A DNA stretch of 64,000 nucleotides from Minisyncoccota bacterium (lineage in GTDB: Bacteria > Patescibacteriota > Minisyncoccia > Phycocordibacterales > WO2-35-19): the NCBI GenBank assembly GCA_036517255.1, contig DATDXE010000004.1:30543-94542 (forward strand). The letters run 5' to 3'. This document shows positions 47,898 through 58,577 of the stretch, piece by piece. The position numbers and the translations under genes were made by a program. Numbering within the stretch: the stretch's first letter is position 1; each line of letters starts with the position of its first letter. The notes beneath the pieces are model-generated. The model was not told where the DNA came from, searched no databases, and saw nothing but the letters and a program-made list of their open reading frames with translations.

Positions 47898-49187
47898 TTA
47901 TTTGAAGAGCTCTGTTATTTCCCTACTAGCCTTCACTACTGCCGCCGAAGTGCGCTCGCGACCGCTTGTAATACTCTCTATCATGTTAGCAAATATTTTT
48001 GCTGTAGCAGTAGGCTCAGGATCAAGCCAAGCCTTGGACCGGAGTGCACTTTCGTAGAAAACTGCCTGGTATGCGTCAAGAGCTTTAGTTCCGAGTAAGT
48101 CGCGCCGAGCAGGGGGGACACCGAGAGCTTCGCTTATAGCCAGTGCTCCTTCACGACTTGAAAGGATAGAAGCGACGCCAAAGGCGGCATTTGCATTCTT
48201 AGAGCCACGGGAAATAGCAAAACCATAAAACTTGCCGTAGGAAACGTTGTTACCAGAATCTTTAGAGGTGGGCACTGAAGAAACATCGAAATTTAAATTA
48301 GGATTTTTCAGCTGGATCAGAGCTATCTCACTTGCAAAACCGAAATAGAGAGCCATATCCCCAGAAAGAAAATAAGTTTGGGAAAGAGGCATCGATCTAT
48401 TCCAAGAATAATAAGGTTTAACCGGATTTGAAAATTCAGTGTAGAAATTGACAGCGGCTTCTCCAGGGATGACTGGTTTTTCAAATGAATCTGCCATAAC
48501 AGAACGAGTATCATCACCAAATCTCTGGACGATAGGTGTACCAGCCTGCATCATCAAATTCGAAATGATAGCTTTGGCGTTTGATACATTATTATACTCA
48601 CCAAAAGAAACTAAGGACTTTTGAATATTCAGTGCTCCATCTTTTTTGGATATAAGCCCAGCGAGAGAATAGAATTCATCCCAATATTTAGGAGGGCTAG
48701 TCAGCTTAGCATCGGTGAAAACTTTTCTACTCCAATACATAACAAGTGGATCGACAATCACGGGAAGAGCTACTATCCCCGTCGGGTCAAGATAAATTTC
48801 GGATCCTTCTATAAAAGAGTCCTTGAACATCCTCTCAGAGAAAGCGTCGTATGGAATTAGAGTAATCTTATTTTTCTGCTTCACTATTTTATCGTGAGGC
48901 AGAAGAAATAGATCAGGGCCATTTCCTGAAGCAAGAGCCTCCACGTACTCATCGTCAAAAAGAGCTTCTTCTTTATAAGAATAACTTATTTTATATGCTT
49001 CGTTATTATAGAGAGAAGTTTTTGAAATAATACTTTGAAAAACTTCTGGATTCACATTGCCCCAGATACTCACTTCTGCCTGCTCTACTCCACCACCTTG
49101 ATATTTAGAAAATATTATGACGCTTACTATAATAAGGATACCAAAAACTCCTAGAATAATAACCTGAAACTTAGACATATTTCCCAT
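47898..49187 (-). CDS. extracellular solute-binding protein (ABC-type, family 1-like), membrane anchored
   Basis: N-terminal anchor helix; overall alpha/beta SBP-like pattern; assignment by general resemblance only. Confidence 0.5.
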   Translation of the reverse strand: MGNMSKFQVIILGVFGILIIVSVIIFSKYQGGGVEQAEVSIWGNVNPEVFQSIISKTSLYNNEAYKISYSYKEEALFDDEYVEALASGNGPDLFLLPHDKIVKQKNKITLIPYDAFSERMFKDSFIEGSEIYLDPTGIVALPVIVDPLVMYWSRKVFTDAKLTSPPKYWDEFYSLAGLISKKDGALNIQKSLVSFGEYNNVSNAKAIISNLMMQAGTPIVQRFGDDTRSVMADSFEKPVIPGEAAVNFYTEFSNPVKPYYSWNRSMPLSQTYFLSGDMALYFGFASEIALIQLKNPNLNFDVSSVPTSKDSGNNVSYGKFYGFAISRGSKNANAAFGVASILSSREGALAISEALGVPPARRDLLGTKALDAYQAVFYESALRSKAWLDPEPTATAKIFANMIESITSGRERTSAAVVKASREITELFK

Positions 49188-49199
49188 AACTTTATTTTA

Positions 49200-49727
49200 T
49201 CACGCTTTTAGCGCTACGAAACCATAGTGATGATCGCCAGCGTCGATTGATTTCTCGATCGAAAAGCCCGCTCCACAAAAAAGGGACTTGGCTCTCTCTT
49301 CCGTCACCACTTCATCCTTATGTGGGCCAAGGCCAGCAAAAGAATCAAGCCAATCGACCACCAGCACTCTGCCGCCAGACTTTAATATCCTTTCTATCTC
49401 TTTTGCAAAACTTTCTTTGTTCTCGACCTGAAAAAGAATGTTCGAAGCTATAACCACATCGATGATTCCCTCTTTTATTTTTGTACCTCCATCCTTTTCT
49501 ATATCGCCCCAAATCACTTCCACATTTGAAAGTTCATTTTTTTCAGCTAACTTCTTGACTGTCTCTACCAATTCTTTCTGCACATCTACTCCAAAAACCC
49601 TACCTTCTTCACCTACAATTTTAGCTGCTTCCAAAGCATAAAAACCGCTGCCGACTCCAAGATCAGCCACACGCATCCCTTTAGAAAGCCCGAGTTGTTC
49701 TAAATTAGATTTAGGATTACTAAACAT
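49200..49727 (-). CDS. class I SAM-dependent methyltransferase
   Basis: VADLGVGSGFYALEAA (motif I), VFGVDV (motif II), VIASNIL. Confidence 0.7.
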   Translation of the reverse strand: MFSNPKSNLEQLGLSKGMRVADLGVGSGFYALEAAKIVGEEGRVFGVDVQKELVETVKKLAEKNELSNVEVIWGDIEKDGGTKIKEGIIDVVIASNILFQVENKESFAKEIERILKSGGRVLVVDWLDSFAGLGPHKDEVVTEERAKSLFCGAGFSIEKSIDAGDHHYGFVALKA

Positions 49728-49785
49728 GACTTAATTATTCTAAATGAAAATGAGGGAAGAAGCACACCAAACAGTGGAGACTGTT

Positions 49786-52251
49786 TTACAAACAAATGAA
49801 AGAGGCAATGGAGTCGCCGTCGCGGAGCTTCATGATACGAACGCCTTGAGTGGAGCGACCGAGAGTAGGTATCTCTTTCAGTTCGAGGCGGATGACCTGA
49901 CTTTTCTTCGACATGGCCACGGCCTCCTCTTCCTCACCTGTTACCACTTGAGAAGCAATGATGTCGCCAGTTTTACTTGTGACGTTACTTGTTTTTATTC
50001 CCGAGCCACCGCGACCTTGTATTTTGTATTCATCAATCGGAGTTTTCTTGCCATAACCTTTTTCGCCCATGACTACAAGTTCAGCAGTTTTTTCAAACGC
50101 CTTGGGTACATTGTGCGCGCCTATGATTTTATCGCCTTTGCCGAGCTTCATCACTCTTACACCAGCGGCTTGGCGACCCATCTCTCGTACTTGGGATTCG
50201 GCAAACCTGATCGATTGACCTTTAGCAGTTACCACTGCGCAAGAATCACCTTTATCAACCTGGGAAACAGAAATCAACTTATCACCCGCTCCCAACTTGA
50301 TAGCGATGATGCCGCTTGTACGCACATCGTGGAAACTCGAAGCTGAAACTTTTTTACCAGTACCTTGTTCAGTTATCATTATAAGAGATAGATTTTTGTT
50401 GTCCTTCAAGTTTTTCGGCATCGGCAAAATTGAAGTGACCTTCTCCCCTTCGGTAAGAGAAAGGAAATTCATAATTGATTTACCTCGAGTGGCTCGCCTA
50501 CCTTCCGGCAACTCATACATCTTTATTTGATAAGCCTTACCTTTGTCAGTAAAGAACAGGAGATCGGAATGAGTACTAGCGGTCAAGAAATGGGAGACAA
50601 AATCCTCTTCCTTAGTATCAAGGTCGACGACACCTACTCCTCCCCGCTTTTGCTGCTTAAATTCGCTTGGATGAGTGCGCTTCACATAACCTCCTTGAGT
50701 GAGCATAAGAGTGTTTTCCTCATCAGCGATGAGATCCTCCATTGAAAGAGCCTTCACTCCCCCTTTTACCACTTTAGTACGCCTCTCATCACCATATTTT
50801 TCTGCTATTTCTGAAAGTTCTTTTTTGATAATAGTCAAAATCTTCTTTGGGTTTTCCAAAATACTCTTCAAATCTTTTATCAGAGCTTGTACTGAGCTTA
50901 ATTCATCTTCTATTTTTTGTCTCTCGAGCCCAGCCAATTTTTGCAAACGCATTTCGAGAATAGCATTCGCCTGACGTTCTGAGAATTTGAACTCTTTCAT
51001 CAAATTAGCCCTAGCAGTATCAACATCCTTCGACTTCTTGATCAATTTTATGATTTCATCGATATGGTCGAGAGCTTTCTTCAAACCAAGTAGAATATGC
51101 TCTCTGTCTTCCGCTTCGCGTAGTTCAAACTCCGTCCGCCTTTTTATGACGATTTTCCTGTGACCAATAAATTCTTCGATTACACTTTTGAGTGAAAGAG
51201 TCTGCGGCACACCGTCGACTAGAGCCACCAGGTTCATGTGGAAAGTTTCTTCCAGCTGAGTGTGTTTGTAGAGGAAATTTAAAACTTTTTGCGGATAGCT
51301 ACCATTCTTCAAGTCGATCACCACTCTTATGTCTTTAGTCGACTCATCGCGCAAGCCTTTGATACCCTCCAATTTCTTCTCTCGCACCAATTCCGCGATT
51401 TTTTCTACCAGAGTTTGTTTGTTTACTCTGAATGGAATAGAGGTAATAATAATTTGACTCATACCCTTTTCCTCGACGATATCAGCTACTCCGCGACAAA
51501 CCATACCTCCACGACCAGTAGAATATGCGTGATGAATATCCTTTTCGTTAAAAATTACTCCACCGATTGGGAAATCAGGACCTTTGACAAATTGCAATAA
51601 ATCTTCAGTAGTGGCATCAGGATTTTCAATAAAATAGGCACAAGCGTCAGCCACTTCTCGCAAATTGTGAGGAGGAATGTTTGTGGCCATACCGACTGCG
51701 ATACCGAGAGTACCGTTTAATAGTAATTGTGGTACTGCCGCTGGAAGGACTGCTGGCTCTTTTTTTGTCGCATCATAATTTGGCCTCCAATCGACAGTAT
51801 CTTTATTTATATCGCGCAGAAGTTCACCGGAAAGACGTGACATTTTAGCTTCGGTGTAACGCATCGCAGCAGCGCTATCCCCATCGATAGAGCCGAAGTT
51901 ACCCTGGCCGATAATAAGCGGGTAACGCATCGTAAAATCTTGGGCCATCTTCACCATAGAATCGTAGACAGCTACATCGCCGTGCGGATGATAATTACCA
52001 AGCACTTCTCCCACCACAGTTGCTGATTTACGAGTTTTAGCGGTCGCAGTCAAATTCAAAGTATTCATGGCGTAAAGTATGCGACGATGAACAGGTTTCA
52101 AACCATCACGCACATCAGGTAAGGCCCTGTCAGTAATAACTGACATGGCATAATCGATGAAAGACTCTTTCATTTCCGTCACAATCGAACGCGAAATTAC
52201 GCCTTTATTAGGAACAGCATTCTCCACATTTTCTTCTACATTTTTAGCCAT
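49786..52251 (-). CDS. gyrA: DNA gyrase subunit A
   Basis: [25 protein letters not shown] (active-site Tyr region), six C-terminal beta-pinwheel blades, GyrA box. Confidence 0.95.
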   Translation of the reverse strand: MAKNVEENVENAVPNKGVISRSIVTEMKESFIDYAMSVITDRALPDVRDGLKPVHRRILYAMNTLNLTATAKTRKSATVVGEVLGNYHPHGDVAVYDSMVKMAQDFTMRYPLIIGQGNFGSIDGDSAAAMRYTEAKMSRLSGELLRDINKDTVDWRPNYDATKKEPAVLPAAVPQLLLNGTLGIAVGMATNIPPHNLREVADACAYFIENPDATTEDLLQFVKGPDFPIGGVIFNEKDIHHAYSTGRGGMVCRGVADIVEEKGMSQIIITSIPFRVNKQTLVEKIAELVREKKLEGIKGLRDESTKDIRVVIDLKNGSYPQKVLNFLYKHTQLEETFHMNLVALVDGVPQTLSLKSVIEEFIGHRKIVIKRRTEFELREAEDREHILLGLKKALDHIDEIIKLIKKSKDVDTARANLMKEFKFSERQANAILEMRLQKLAGLERQKIEDELSSVQALIKDLKSILENPKKILTIIKKELSEIAEKYGDERRTKVVKGGVKALSMEDLIADEENTLMLTQGGYVKRTHPSEFKQQKRGGVGVVDLDTKEEDFVSHFLTASTHSDLLFFTDKGKAYQIKMYELPEGRRATRGKSIMNFLSLTEGEKVTSILPMPKNLKDNKNLSLIMITEQGTGKKVSASSFHDVRTSGIIAIKLGAGDKLISVSQVDKGDSCAVVTAKGQSIRFAESQVREMGRQAAGVRVMKLGKGDKIIGAHNVPKAFEKTAELVVMGEKGYGKKTPIDEYKIQGRGGSGIKTSNVTSKTGDIIASQVVTGEEEEAVAMSKKSQVIRLELKEIPTLGRSTQGVRIMKLRDGDSIASFICL

Positions 52252-52288
52252 TTGTGCCCTGTATTATAGCAGATTTTTAAGCTAAAAG

Positions 52289-52609
52289 CTACTTACTTTC
52301 GTAGACTTCAATACCAGACATAAAAGGGACAAGGACATTAGCAATAGATTCCTTGAAAGAGTCGAACTGTTCTATGAATTTTTCAAACGCAGCGCCAAAA
52401 GCATTTCTAGAATTTTGGATGGGAGAAGGAACTACCTCTATTTCGAGAGTCTCTTCATAGGCAACAGTACCACTTGGCATATTTATAAAACCCCTATATC
52501 CAGCCCAACCAACCAAAACAGCGAGAGTCAGGGCCGAAGCAGTAAAAAAAGCCACTTTATGTCTGTAAGATTCTGATTTCTGTTTTAATTTGTGAATAGT
52601 GTTTCGCAT
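52289..52609 (-). CDS. hypothetical membrane-anchored protein
   Basis: 106 aa with one N-terminal TM. Confidence 0.4.
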   Translation of the reverse strand: MRNTIHKLKQKSESYRHKVAFFTASALTLAVLVGWAGYRGFINMPSGTVAYEETLEIEVVPSPIQNSRNAFGAAFEKFIEQFDSFKESIANVLVPFMSGIEVYESK

Positions 52610-52622
52610 TTCTTAGAACAAT

Positions 52623-53282
52623 TTATTGTGCTTCCAACACTACAATCTCCCCTTCTTTGCCCTCCAAATCTTTTTTCTTTATTGTAAGCTTATCAACAGG
52701 CTTCACCTCTTCAGAACCACTTTCTTTCAAGAATTTTTTTAAAGCATCTTTTTCACCTACACTACCATAATGAATAGGGATAATTATTCCTGGCTCTAAA
52801 GAAACAGCGACTTTGTTTGCAGAAGCGGCATCGAGAACTCCCTCCCCACCGACAGGAACAAAAAGTATATCTACCCCGTCGATTGCTGAAATAGCTTCAG
52901 AACTAAGATTCTCACTAAGAGCGCCCAAAAAACACAGATTCATATTTTCTAGGTTGACACTATATACAGTATTGATCCTCTCCTCGCCAGCATACTGCGA
53001 TTTACTTGCAATACCTTTTATAAAAACTCCGTCGATTTCATACTCACCTGGGCCAGTAACAGAAAAAGATTGTTTGTCGTTCCGCCCGGATGAGCCGTTC
53101 GGACGTGCCCTACTAGCCTGCTCTACCCCATTCATATCAGGATGGCTCAAAGAAACCAATACTATGTCAGAACCAAAACTGCCTGCTTTGTGTTTAGAAT
53201 CTTTGGAAACAGGATTAAAAGCAATAGTAGTATCGCCAAATTGTACTCGCACCTGCTCCACTCCGCCATAGGTAATAATCAT
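52623..53282 (-). CDS. MBL-fold metal-dependent hydrolase (UPF0173-like)
   Basis: 219 aa; beta-lactamase-fold pattern (VSLSHPDMNG, DILFVPVGG, IPIHYGS). Confidence 0.55.
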   Translation of the reverse strand: MIITYGGVEQVRVQFGDTTIAFNPVSKDSKHKAGSFGSDIVLVSLSHPDMNGVEQASRARPNGSSGRNDKQSFSVTGPGEYEIDGVFIKGIASKSQYAGEERINTVYSVNLENMNLCFLGALSENLSSEAISAIDGVDILFVPVGGEGVLDAASANKVAVSLEPGIIIPIHYGSVGEKDALKKFLKESGSEEVKPVDKLTIKKKDLEGKEGEIVVLEAQ

Positions 53283-53434
53283 GAATAGAATGTAGCATAT
53301 TTTACAGCTTTATGGTAGTATCTTTTCATTAAAAGAAACCGACCGAATAGCTAACCTCACAGCGCGACTTTGCCAACTGGCTTTGCCAATCGGCAAATCT
53401 GTACATGAGACTGTGAAAGCTATCGGTATTTTAT

Positions 53435-54559
53435 ATGAAAGAAAAGGAAGATATAGAAAAGATAGAGGAAGAAACAGAGGATGCGGTAAAATCAAAAAAG
53501 GAATCAGCAATGGGCAAGATTATGTCCAATTCATCCCTCCTGCCTGAAGTGGGCGAACTGGTGGAAGGCCCAGTCATCGGGATTGAAAAAAACGCAGTGT
53601 ATGTCGACCTCGCTCCTTGGGGCACAGGCATCATTTTCGGGCGTGAGTATATAAATGCTAGAGATTTGATCAAGAAAATAAACATTGGCGACAATGTAGC
53701 CGGTAAAATCGTCGGGCAAGACAACAAAGAAGGTTATGTCGAAATTTCACTGAAAGAAGCTCGCCAAGCTCTTATCTGGAACCAAGCTGAAGAAGCAATC
53801 AGGGATAAAACAGTATTTGAATTACCAATCCTAGAAGCAAACAAAGGTGGTCTCATGATTTCGTGGCAAGGGATCACTGGTTTCTTGCCTGCTTCCCAAC
53901 TAAAAACGGAACACTATCCACGAGTAGCCGATGGCGATAAAGACAGAATCTTAGACGAACTGCGTAAACTAGTGGGCCAGAAAATCGCGGTATCTATCAT
54001 TACCGCTGTTCCAAAAGAAGGAAAACTTATATTTTCTGAGAAAAATATCGAGAGTAAAGAGAAGACAGCCATCATCGACAAATATGTGTTGGGTGATGAA
54101 ACTCTTGGAGAAGTCACTGGTATAGTTGACTTCGGAATATTCGTAAAACTGGAAGAAGGCCTGGAAGGCTTGGTGCATATTTCTGAAATCGATTGGGGCC
54201 TAGTCGATGATCCTAGAAAATTTGCTAAAGTGGGCGACACTGTAAGAGTAAAGATAATAGAAATCAAAGATGGGAAAGTATCGCTCTCGATCAAAGCCTT
54301 GAAAGATAATCCTTGGACAGAAGCAGCCAAGAAATATAAAAAGGATGACACGGTAACAGGAGTAGTCATCAAATTCAACAAACACGGAGCCTTAGCTTCG
54401 ATTGAAGAAGGTATCGCTGGTCTTGTACATATCTCCGAATTTGGTTCCGAAGAAAAGTTGCGCGAAAAACTCGAGCTCGGCAAGACTTACAACTTCAAGA
54501 TCACAGTCTTCGATCCAAAAGAACAAAAGATGGCTCTTGCATTCTTGGAGAATAAATAG
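53435..54559 (+). CDS. rpsA: 30S ribosomal protein S1 (four S1 domains) with acidic N-terminal tail
   Basis: repeated S1 OB-fold units (GxV..I..FGxFV.L..G..GLxHISE). Confidence 0.85.
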   Translation: MKEKEDIEKIEEETEDAVKSKKESAMGKIMSNSSLLPEVGELVEGPVIGIEKNAVYVDLAPWGTGIIFGREYINARDLIKKINIGDNVAGKIVGQDNKEGYVEISLKEARQALIWNQAEEAIRDKTVFELPILEANKGGLMISWQGITGFLPASQLKTEHYPRVADGDKDRILDELRKLVGQKIAVSIITAVPKEGKLIFSEKNIESKEKTAIIDKYVLGDETLGEVTGIVDFGIFVKLEEGLEGLVHISEIDWGLVDDPRKFAKVGDTVRVKIIEIKDGKVSLSIKALKDNPWTEAAKKYKKDDTVTGVVIKFNKHGALASIEEGIAGLVHISEFGSEEKLREKLELGKTYNFKITVFDPKEQKMALAFLENK

Positions 54560-54571
54560 GTGAGGTTAATA

Positions 54572-54630
54572 AACCTCATCCGGCACCTCGCAAAGCCTCG
54601 GGCCACCTTCCCCTTAGCAGGGGAAGGAAA
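54572..54630. repeat. GC-rich hairpin repeat, left arm flanking DUF559 gene
   Basis: AACCTCATCCGGCACCTCGCAAAGCCTCGGGCCACCTTCCCCTTAGCAGGGGAAGGAAA. Confidence 0.55.
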
Positions 54631-54639
54631 TCCAAAGAC

Positions 54640-54999
54640 CTAGATACTATTTAGGCTCTTCTTGATTCTTGTTAGAACTTTGTAAACATCAGTATCAACC
54701 TCTGCGTTTGAAAATCTCAAGACTTTATAGTCGAGATCAGTAAAGAATTTATTCCTGACATGATCATATTCTCGAGCCTCTTGTGTGTGGTGAACTTCCC
54801 CGTCTATTTCTAAAACCAATTTCTTCTCAGCACAATAAAAATCTAGAATGTAGCCTCCGACACTATGCTGTCTTTTGAATTTAAAATCTAAATTTCTATC
54901 TTTTAGATGCCACCACAAAACTCTTTCTTGCGCGGTTTCCCTTTTTCTCAAATCTCTGCGCCAATCTCTCAATTTTGGTAAATTGTTCAGCCTTTGCAT
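54640..54999 (-). CDS. DUF559 (Vsr-like) endonuclease-domain protein
   Basis: RETAQERVLWWHLKDR..FKFKRQHSVGGYILDFYC..KLVLEIDGEVH..D..R...L...G..VLRF.N.EV classic DUF559 pattern. Confidence 0.75.
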   Translation of the reverse strand: MQRLNNLPKLRDWRRDLRKRETAQERVLWWHLKDRNLDFKFKRQHSVGGYILDFYCAEKKLVLEIDGEVHHTQEAREYDHVRNKFFTDLDYKVLRFSNAEVDTDVYKVLTRIKKSLNSI

Positions 55000-55020
55000 A
55001 CTATGATGATATTTTGTTCC

Positions 55021-55072
55021 CGATTTACCTCTCCTGCTAAGGAGAGGTCGAGACGATAGTCCGGGTGAGGTT
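55021..55072. repeat. GC-rich hairpin repeat, right arm flanking DUF559 gene
   Basis: TTACCTCTCCTGCTAAGGAGAGGTCGAGACGATAGTCCGGGTGAGGTT; end is inverted match of left end (AACCTCATCCGG / CCGGGTGAGGTT). Confidence 0.55.
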
Positions 55073-55610
55073 AATTGAATCTGTTCATCGCTATTTCCCT
55101 GCCTTCTTCTACAATAGTTTCTATCGCCTCTGAAACCAACTTAAAAGTTTTCTTCAGTGTTTCGTTCTGCTTCGGAGTAAAGTTACTCAAAATAAAATCA
55201 ATAACTTCTTTTTCACCCTGAGGTTTTTTAATTTTACCTGAGGGAGTAGCAGGAGAAACTCCAATTCTAACTCGAGTAAACTCTTTAGTCTTAATAGATT
55301 TGATGATCGATTCTAAACCTTTGTGGCCACCGCTACTTTTATCATAAGAAATTTTTATAGTACCGAGAGGTAAATCCATATCGTCATAAACCACGATCAA
55401 ATCTTTGGCGGTTTTTTTTGACTTAATATATTTAACTACCGCTTTACCAGAGTGGTTCATGAATTCGCCACTCTCAATAATTTTGATTTTATTTCGGAAT
55501 TCAGACTTTGAGCTTTTAGCTTCAAAACATTCTACTGCCATTTTGCCAGTATTATGCCTACTTTTTGTATATTCTTCTCCCGGGTTCCCTAGTCCGACAA
55601 CATATATCAT
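55071..55610 (-). CDS. pth: peptidyl-tRNA hydrolase
   Basis: MIYVVGLGNPGEEYTKSRHNTG (catalytic His), D91-like region; earlier ATG 55637 also possible. Confidence 0.85.
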   Translation of the reverse strand: MIYVVGLGNPGEEYTKSRHNTGKMAVECFEAKSSKSEFRNKIKIIESGEFMNHSGKAVVKYIKSKKTAKDLIVVYDDMDLPLGTIKISYDKSSGGHKGLESIIKSIKTKEFTRVRIGVSPATPSGKIKKPQGEKEVIDFILSNFTPKQNETLKKTFKLVSEAIETIVEEGREIAMNRFN

Positions 55611-55655
55611 AGAAAATAGATTATAGGCCAAAATCATGTATAATGGAACCCAATT

Positions 55656-56240
55656 ATGCAGGAAAATTCAGATAGAAAAGAGAAAGAGCTAGAAAAGGCC
55701 ACAGGAGAAGGCAAAAAGGAAGGAGTTGGAGAAATACTGAAATTCGTTCTGATCGTGGCCATAATAGTAATCCCATTTCGTCTTTTTATAGCCCAACCCT
55801 ATATTGTAGAAGGAGCATCAATGGATCCAACATTCAAAGACGGCGATTACCTCATCGTGGATCAGATATCGACTCATTTCCAAGAATTAAAAAGAGGTGA
55901 TGTCGTCATCATGAGGTATCCGAACGATCCTTCAAAATTTTTTATAAAAAGAGTGATCGGCCTACCGGAGGAAACCGTTTCTATTTCCAAAGGAAAAGTT
56001 TATATAAAAAACAGTGAGGGTACAGAAAGGGTAGCTCTGGATGAAAAATATATAGTCTTTGAAAGAGAAGAAGATTTTGAAGCTACTTTAAAAAAAAGTG
56101 AATATTTTGTCATGGGCGACAACAGAGCGGGTTCTTCCGATTCTAGAGTATGGGGACCACTGCCTTCTGAAAACATTGTAGGCAGGCCAATATTAAGATT
56201 GCTACCGTTACAACATATTAAATTCCTGCCCGGACAATAA
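55656..56240 (+). CDS. lepB: signal peptidase I
   Basis: GASMDPTF (Ser box), RGDVVIM, KRVIGLPEE (Lys box), GDNRAGSSDSR. Confidence 0.85.
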   Translation: MQENSDRKEKELEKATGEGKKEGVGEILKFVLIVAIIVIPFRLFIAQPYIVEGASMDPTFKDGDYLIVDQISTHFQELKRGDVVIMRYPNDPSKFFIKRVIGLPEETVSISKGKVYIKNSEGTERVALDEKYIVFEREEDFEATLKKSEYFVMGDNRAGSSDSRVWGPLPSENIVGRPILRLLPLQHIKFLPGQ

Positions 56241-56241
56241 A

Positions 56242-57432
56242 ATGACCAAAAATAATCACAACAAAGGTAGCACTCTTAAAGAACTTCTAAAAGTGGATGA
56301 GTCGGGAAGAATAGCGACATTCTACGGCTTCCTACCTATAGAGAGCCCTCAGATAACTAAAGAAGATAGTAGCGCGGGAAAAGATTTGGACAGTAATTGG
56401 CGATGTGTTGAGAAAGCTTCGATAATGCGTGAATTTTCTGAAGTAAAGACAAACGCATCTGGAAAGTTTTTACCACAACCACTTTGTCTTTTTATGGAAC
56501 ACCCTTTTCCGGGGAGCAGCGAAAGAAGGAAGGCTGGAAGGCTGGAATATGAGATATCAATCCTGGGCTCAAACAGAAGTGTATGTGAAAGCCTAATCAT
56601 CCAGACAGCCAAGGCTCTACTTGAAGCAAATGGTTGGAAAAATCTAGCCCTTCGCATCAATTCAGTAGGTGGCCGCGAGAGTGTATCTGATTTCGAAAGA
56701 AAGATGGCAAATTTTATAAGAAAAAGGATGGACGACTTCCCTAGTGAACTGCGACAAAATTTAAAAAAGGATCTCTTTTACTTAGCTCGATCAAAGGATG
56801 AAAAGTATAAAGAGTGGAGAGAGTGTGCTCCTCAGTCAGTCGACTGCCTCTCCGAACAAAGCCGTTTGCACCTGAAAGAAATACTGGAGTTTTTGGAAAC
56901 AATGGAAATACCATATGTTTTTGATTCGACTCTTTTGGGAGAAATAAAGATATCGACAGAAGTAGTGTTCGAGATAGTATCGGAAGGAGGCGAGGGAGAA
57001 GTTTTAGCTCGAGGTTGCCGTATGAACAGATTATCGAAACGTTTGCAGTTGAAAAAAGAAGTTCCAGCAGTAAGCGTAAGTGTAAGCGCGAAAGCTGTAA
57101 AAAATCTTAAAACATCCACGATAAAAAATACCAAACATAACTTTTTCTTGGTACAATTTGGTCCTGAAGCGAAACAAAAAAGTTTTATCGCTTTGGAAGA
57201 ACTGCGCAAGTCCGGAGTACCTATTTTACACTCTTTAGCCAAAGATAAGCTAACAAATCAAATGTATTCGGTAGAACAATCGAGCACAGAATACATCATC
57301 CTTATCGGTCAAAAAGAGGCTTTGGAAAATGTGGCGGTGATAAGGCATACATCGACTCGGGCTCAATATACAGTACCAATAAAAGAGCTAGGTGAATTTA
57401 TAAAAAAAACTGCTGAATTTAAAATCAAATAA
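56242..57432 (+). CDS. hisS: histidine--tRNA ligase, divergent (class II core with altered motifs + anticodon-binding domain)
   Basis: alignable to HisRS over LALRINSVGG..LVRGLDYY-like region (here LLGEI) and motif 3 GGRYD -> GCRMN; C-terminal class IIa anticodon-binding domain (FFLVQFG..YIILIGQKE). Confidence 0.5.
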   Translation: MTKNNHNKGSTLKELLKVDESGRIATFYGFLPIESPQITKEDSSAGKDLDSNWRCVEKASIMREFSEVKTNASGKFLPQPLCLFMEHPFPGSSERRKAGRLEYEISILGSNRSVCESLIIQTAKALLEANGWKNLALRINSVGGRESVSDFERKMANFIRKRMDDFPSELRQNLKKDLFYLARSKDEKYKEWRECAPQSVDCLSEQSRLHLKEILEFLETMEIPYVFDSTLLGEIKISTEVVFEIVSEGGEGEVLARGCRMNRLSKRLQLKKEVPAVSVSVSAKAVKNLKTSTIKNTKHNFFLVQFGPEAKQKSFIALEELRKSGVPILHSLAKDKLTNQMYSVEQSSTEYIILIGQKEALENVAVIRHTSTRAQYTVPIKELGEFIKKTAEFKIK

Positions 57433-57434
57433 GC

Positions 57435-58577
57435 ATGCGACTGAAGTTAATATATGTGTGCGGGTTCCTACTTTCGATCCACTACGCTTCGATAGTGTAC
57501 CTAAACTCTTCTCTTTTAAGTAAATTCGTAAGTGGTAGTAGTCTAAACATCATATATGCTATAGGCTCGGCTGGTAGCATCCTGATGCTCTTCCTTACTC
57601 CATTCCTTTTTAGAAAACTGGGTAATGTTTACAGTTTCCTTTTTTTTATCATCGCTGAAGCTTTCATCGTATTCGGTATAGGTAGTACAGAGCTCGGTAT
57701 TTTGATCCTCGGCCTCTTCCTTATTTATCAAAGCCTTGAATCAGTACTTTATTTTTGCCTTGATATCGCCCTGGAAGAAGAAACAAAAAAAGAAGGCTCA
57801 ACCGGTGGCCGACGCGGATTATTCCTCACCGCTCAAAATATAGCCTGGGTTTGCGCGCCTCTCGCTTTAGCTTTACTAGTCGACGATAGTAATTTCAAGA
57901 ATGTCTACTACCTTTCAAGCTTAGCGCTCATCCCTGTTTTTCTTATCATTCTACCCTTCTTTAAAAATACAAAATTTAGAGACGGACATACTAGTCATGC
58001 TCTACTAGTTTTTCATTCTCTTTTGAAAGGGGGGGATAAAACTCGCACTATTATCTGTCAATTTTTACTAAACGCATTTTATGCCTGGATGGTTATCTAC
58101 CTACCTTTGGTTTTAAGTAATGAAATGGGTTTTAGTTGGCACACCATAGGTATTATTCTTTCTATCATGCTCCTACCTTTCCTCTTATTCGAACTGCCAG
58201 CTGGGCTTTTGGCCGATAAAAAATTTGGAGAAAAAGAGATGCTCACCATAGGCTTCAGTGTCATGGCTCTTTCCACTTTCGTCATTCCTTTTATCCACTC
58301 CAGTAATTGGGTTGTATGGGCTATCGTGCTTTTTATAACTCGTATGGGGGCAAGCCTAGTCGAAATTTCAAACGAAAGTTATTTCTTCAAACATGTGAAA
58401 GCCCATGATACTGGCATCATCAGTATTTTCCGGATGCTTCGACCTTTCGCATATATGATAGTGCCTCTCATCACCATTCCTATCGTTTCCTCCTTTTCCT
58501 ACAGCGCTTCCTTCGCCTTCCTCGCCATCCTCCCCGCTCTCGGCCTCGCCTTCCTACCCAAAATTGACACTAAATAG
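57435..58577 (+). CDS. MFS-type transporter (12 TM)
   Basis: two 6-TM halves with central loop; GRR-like motif between TM2-3. Confidence 0.55.
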   Translation: MRLKLIYVCGFLLSIHYASIVYLNSSLLSKFVSGSSLNIIYAIGSAGSILMLFLTPFLFRKLGNVYSFLFFIIAEAFIVFGIGSTELGILILGLFLIYQSLESVLYFCLDIALEEETKKEGSTGGRRGLFLTAQNIAWVCAPLALALLVDDSNFKNVYYLSSLALIPVFLIILPFFKNTKFRDGHTSHALLVFHSLLKGGDKTRTIICQFLLNAFYAWMVIYLPLVLSNEMGFSWHTIGIILSIMLLPFLLFELPAGLLADKKFGEKEMLTIGFSVMALSTFVIPFIHSSNWVVWAIVLFITRMGASLVEISNESYFFKHVKAHDTGIISIFRMLRPFAYMIVPLITIPIVSSFSYSASFAFLAILPALGLAFLPKIDTK

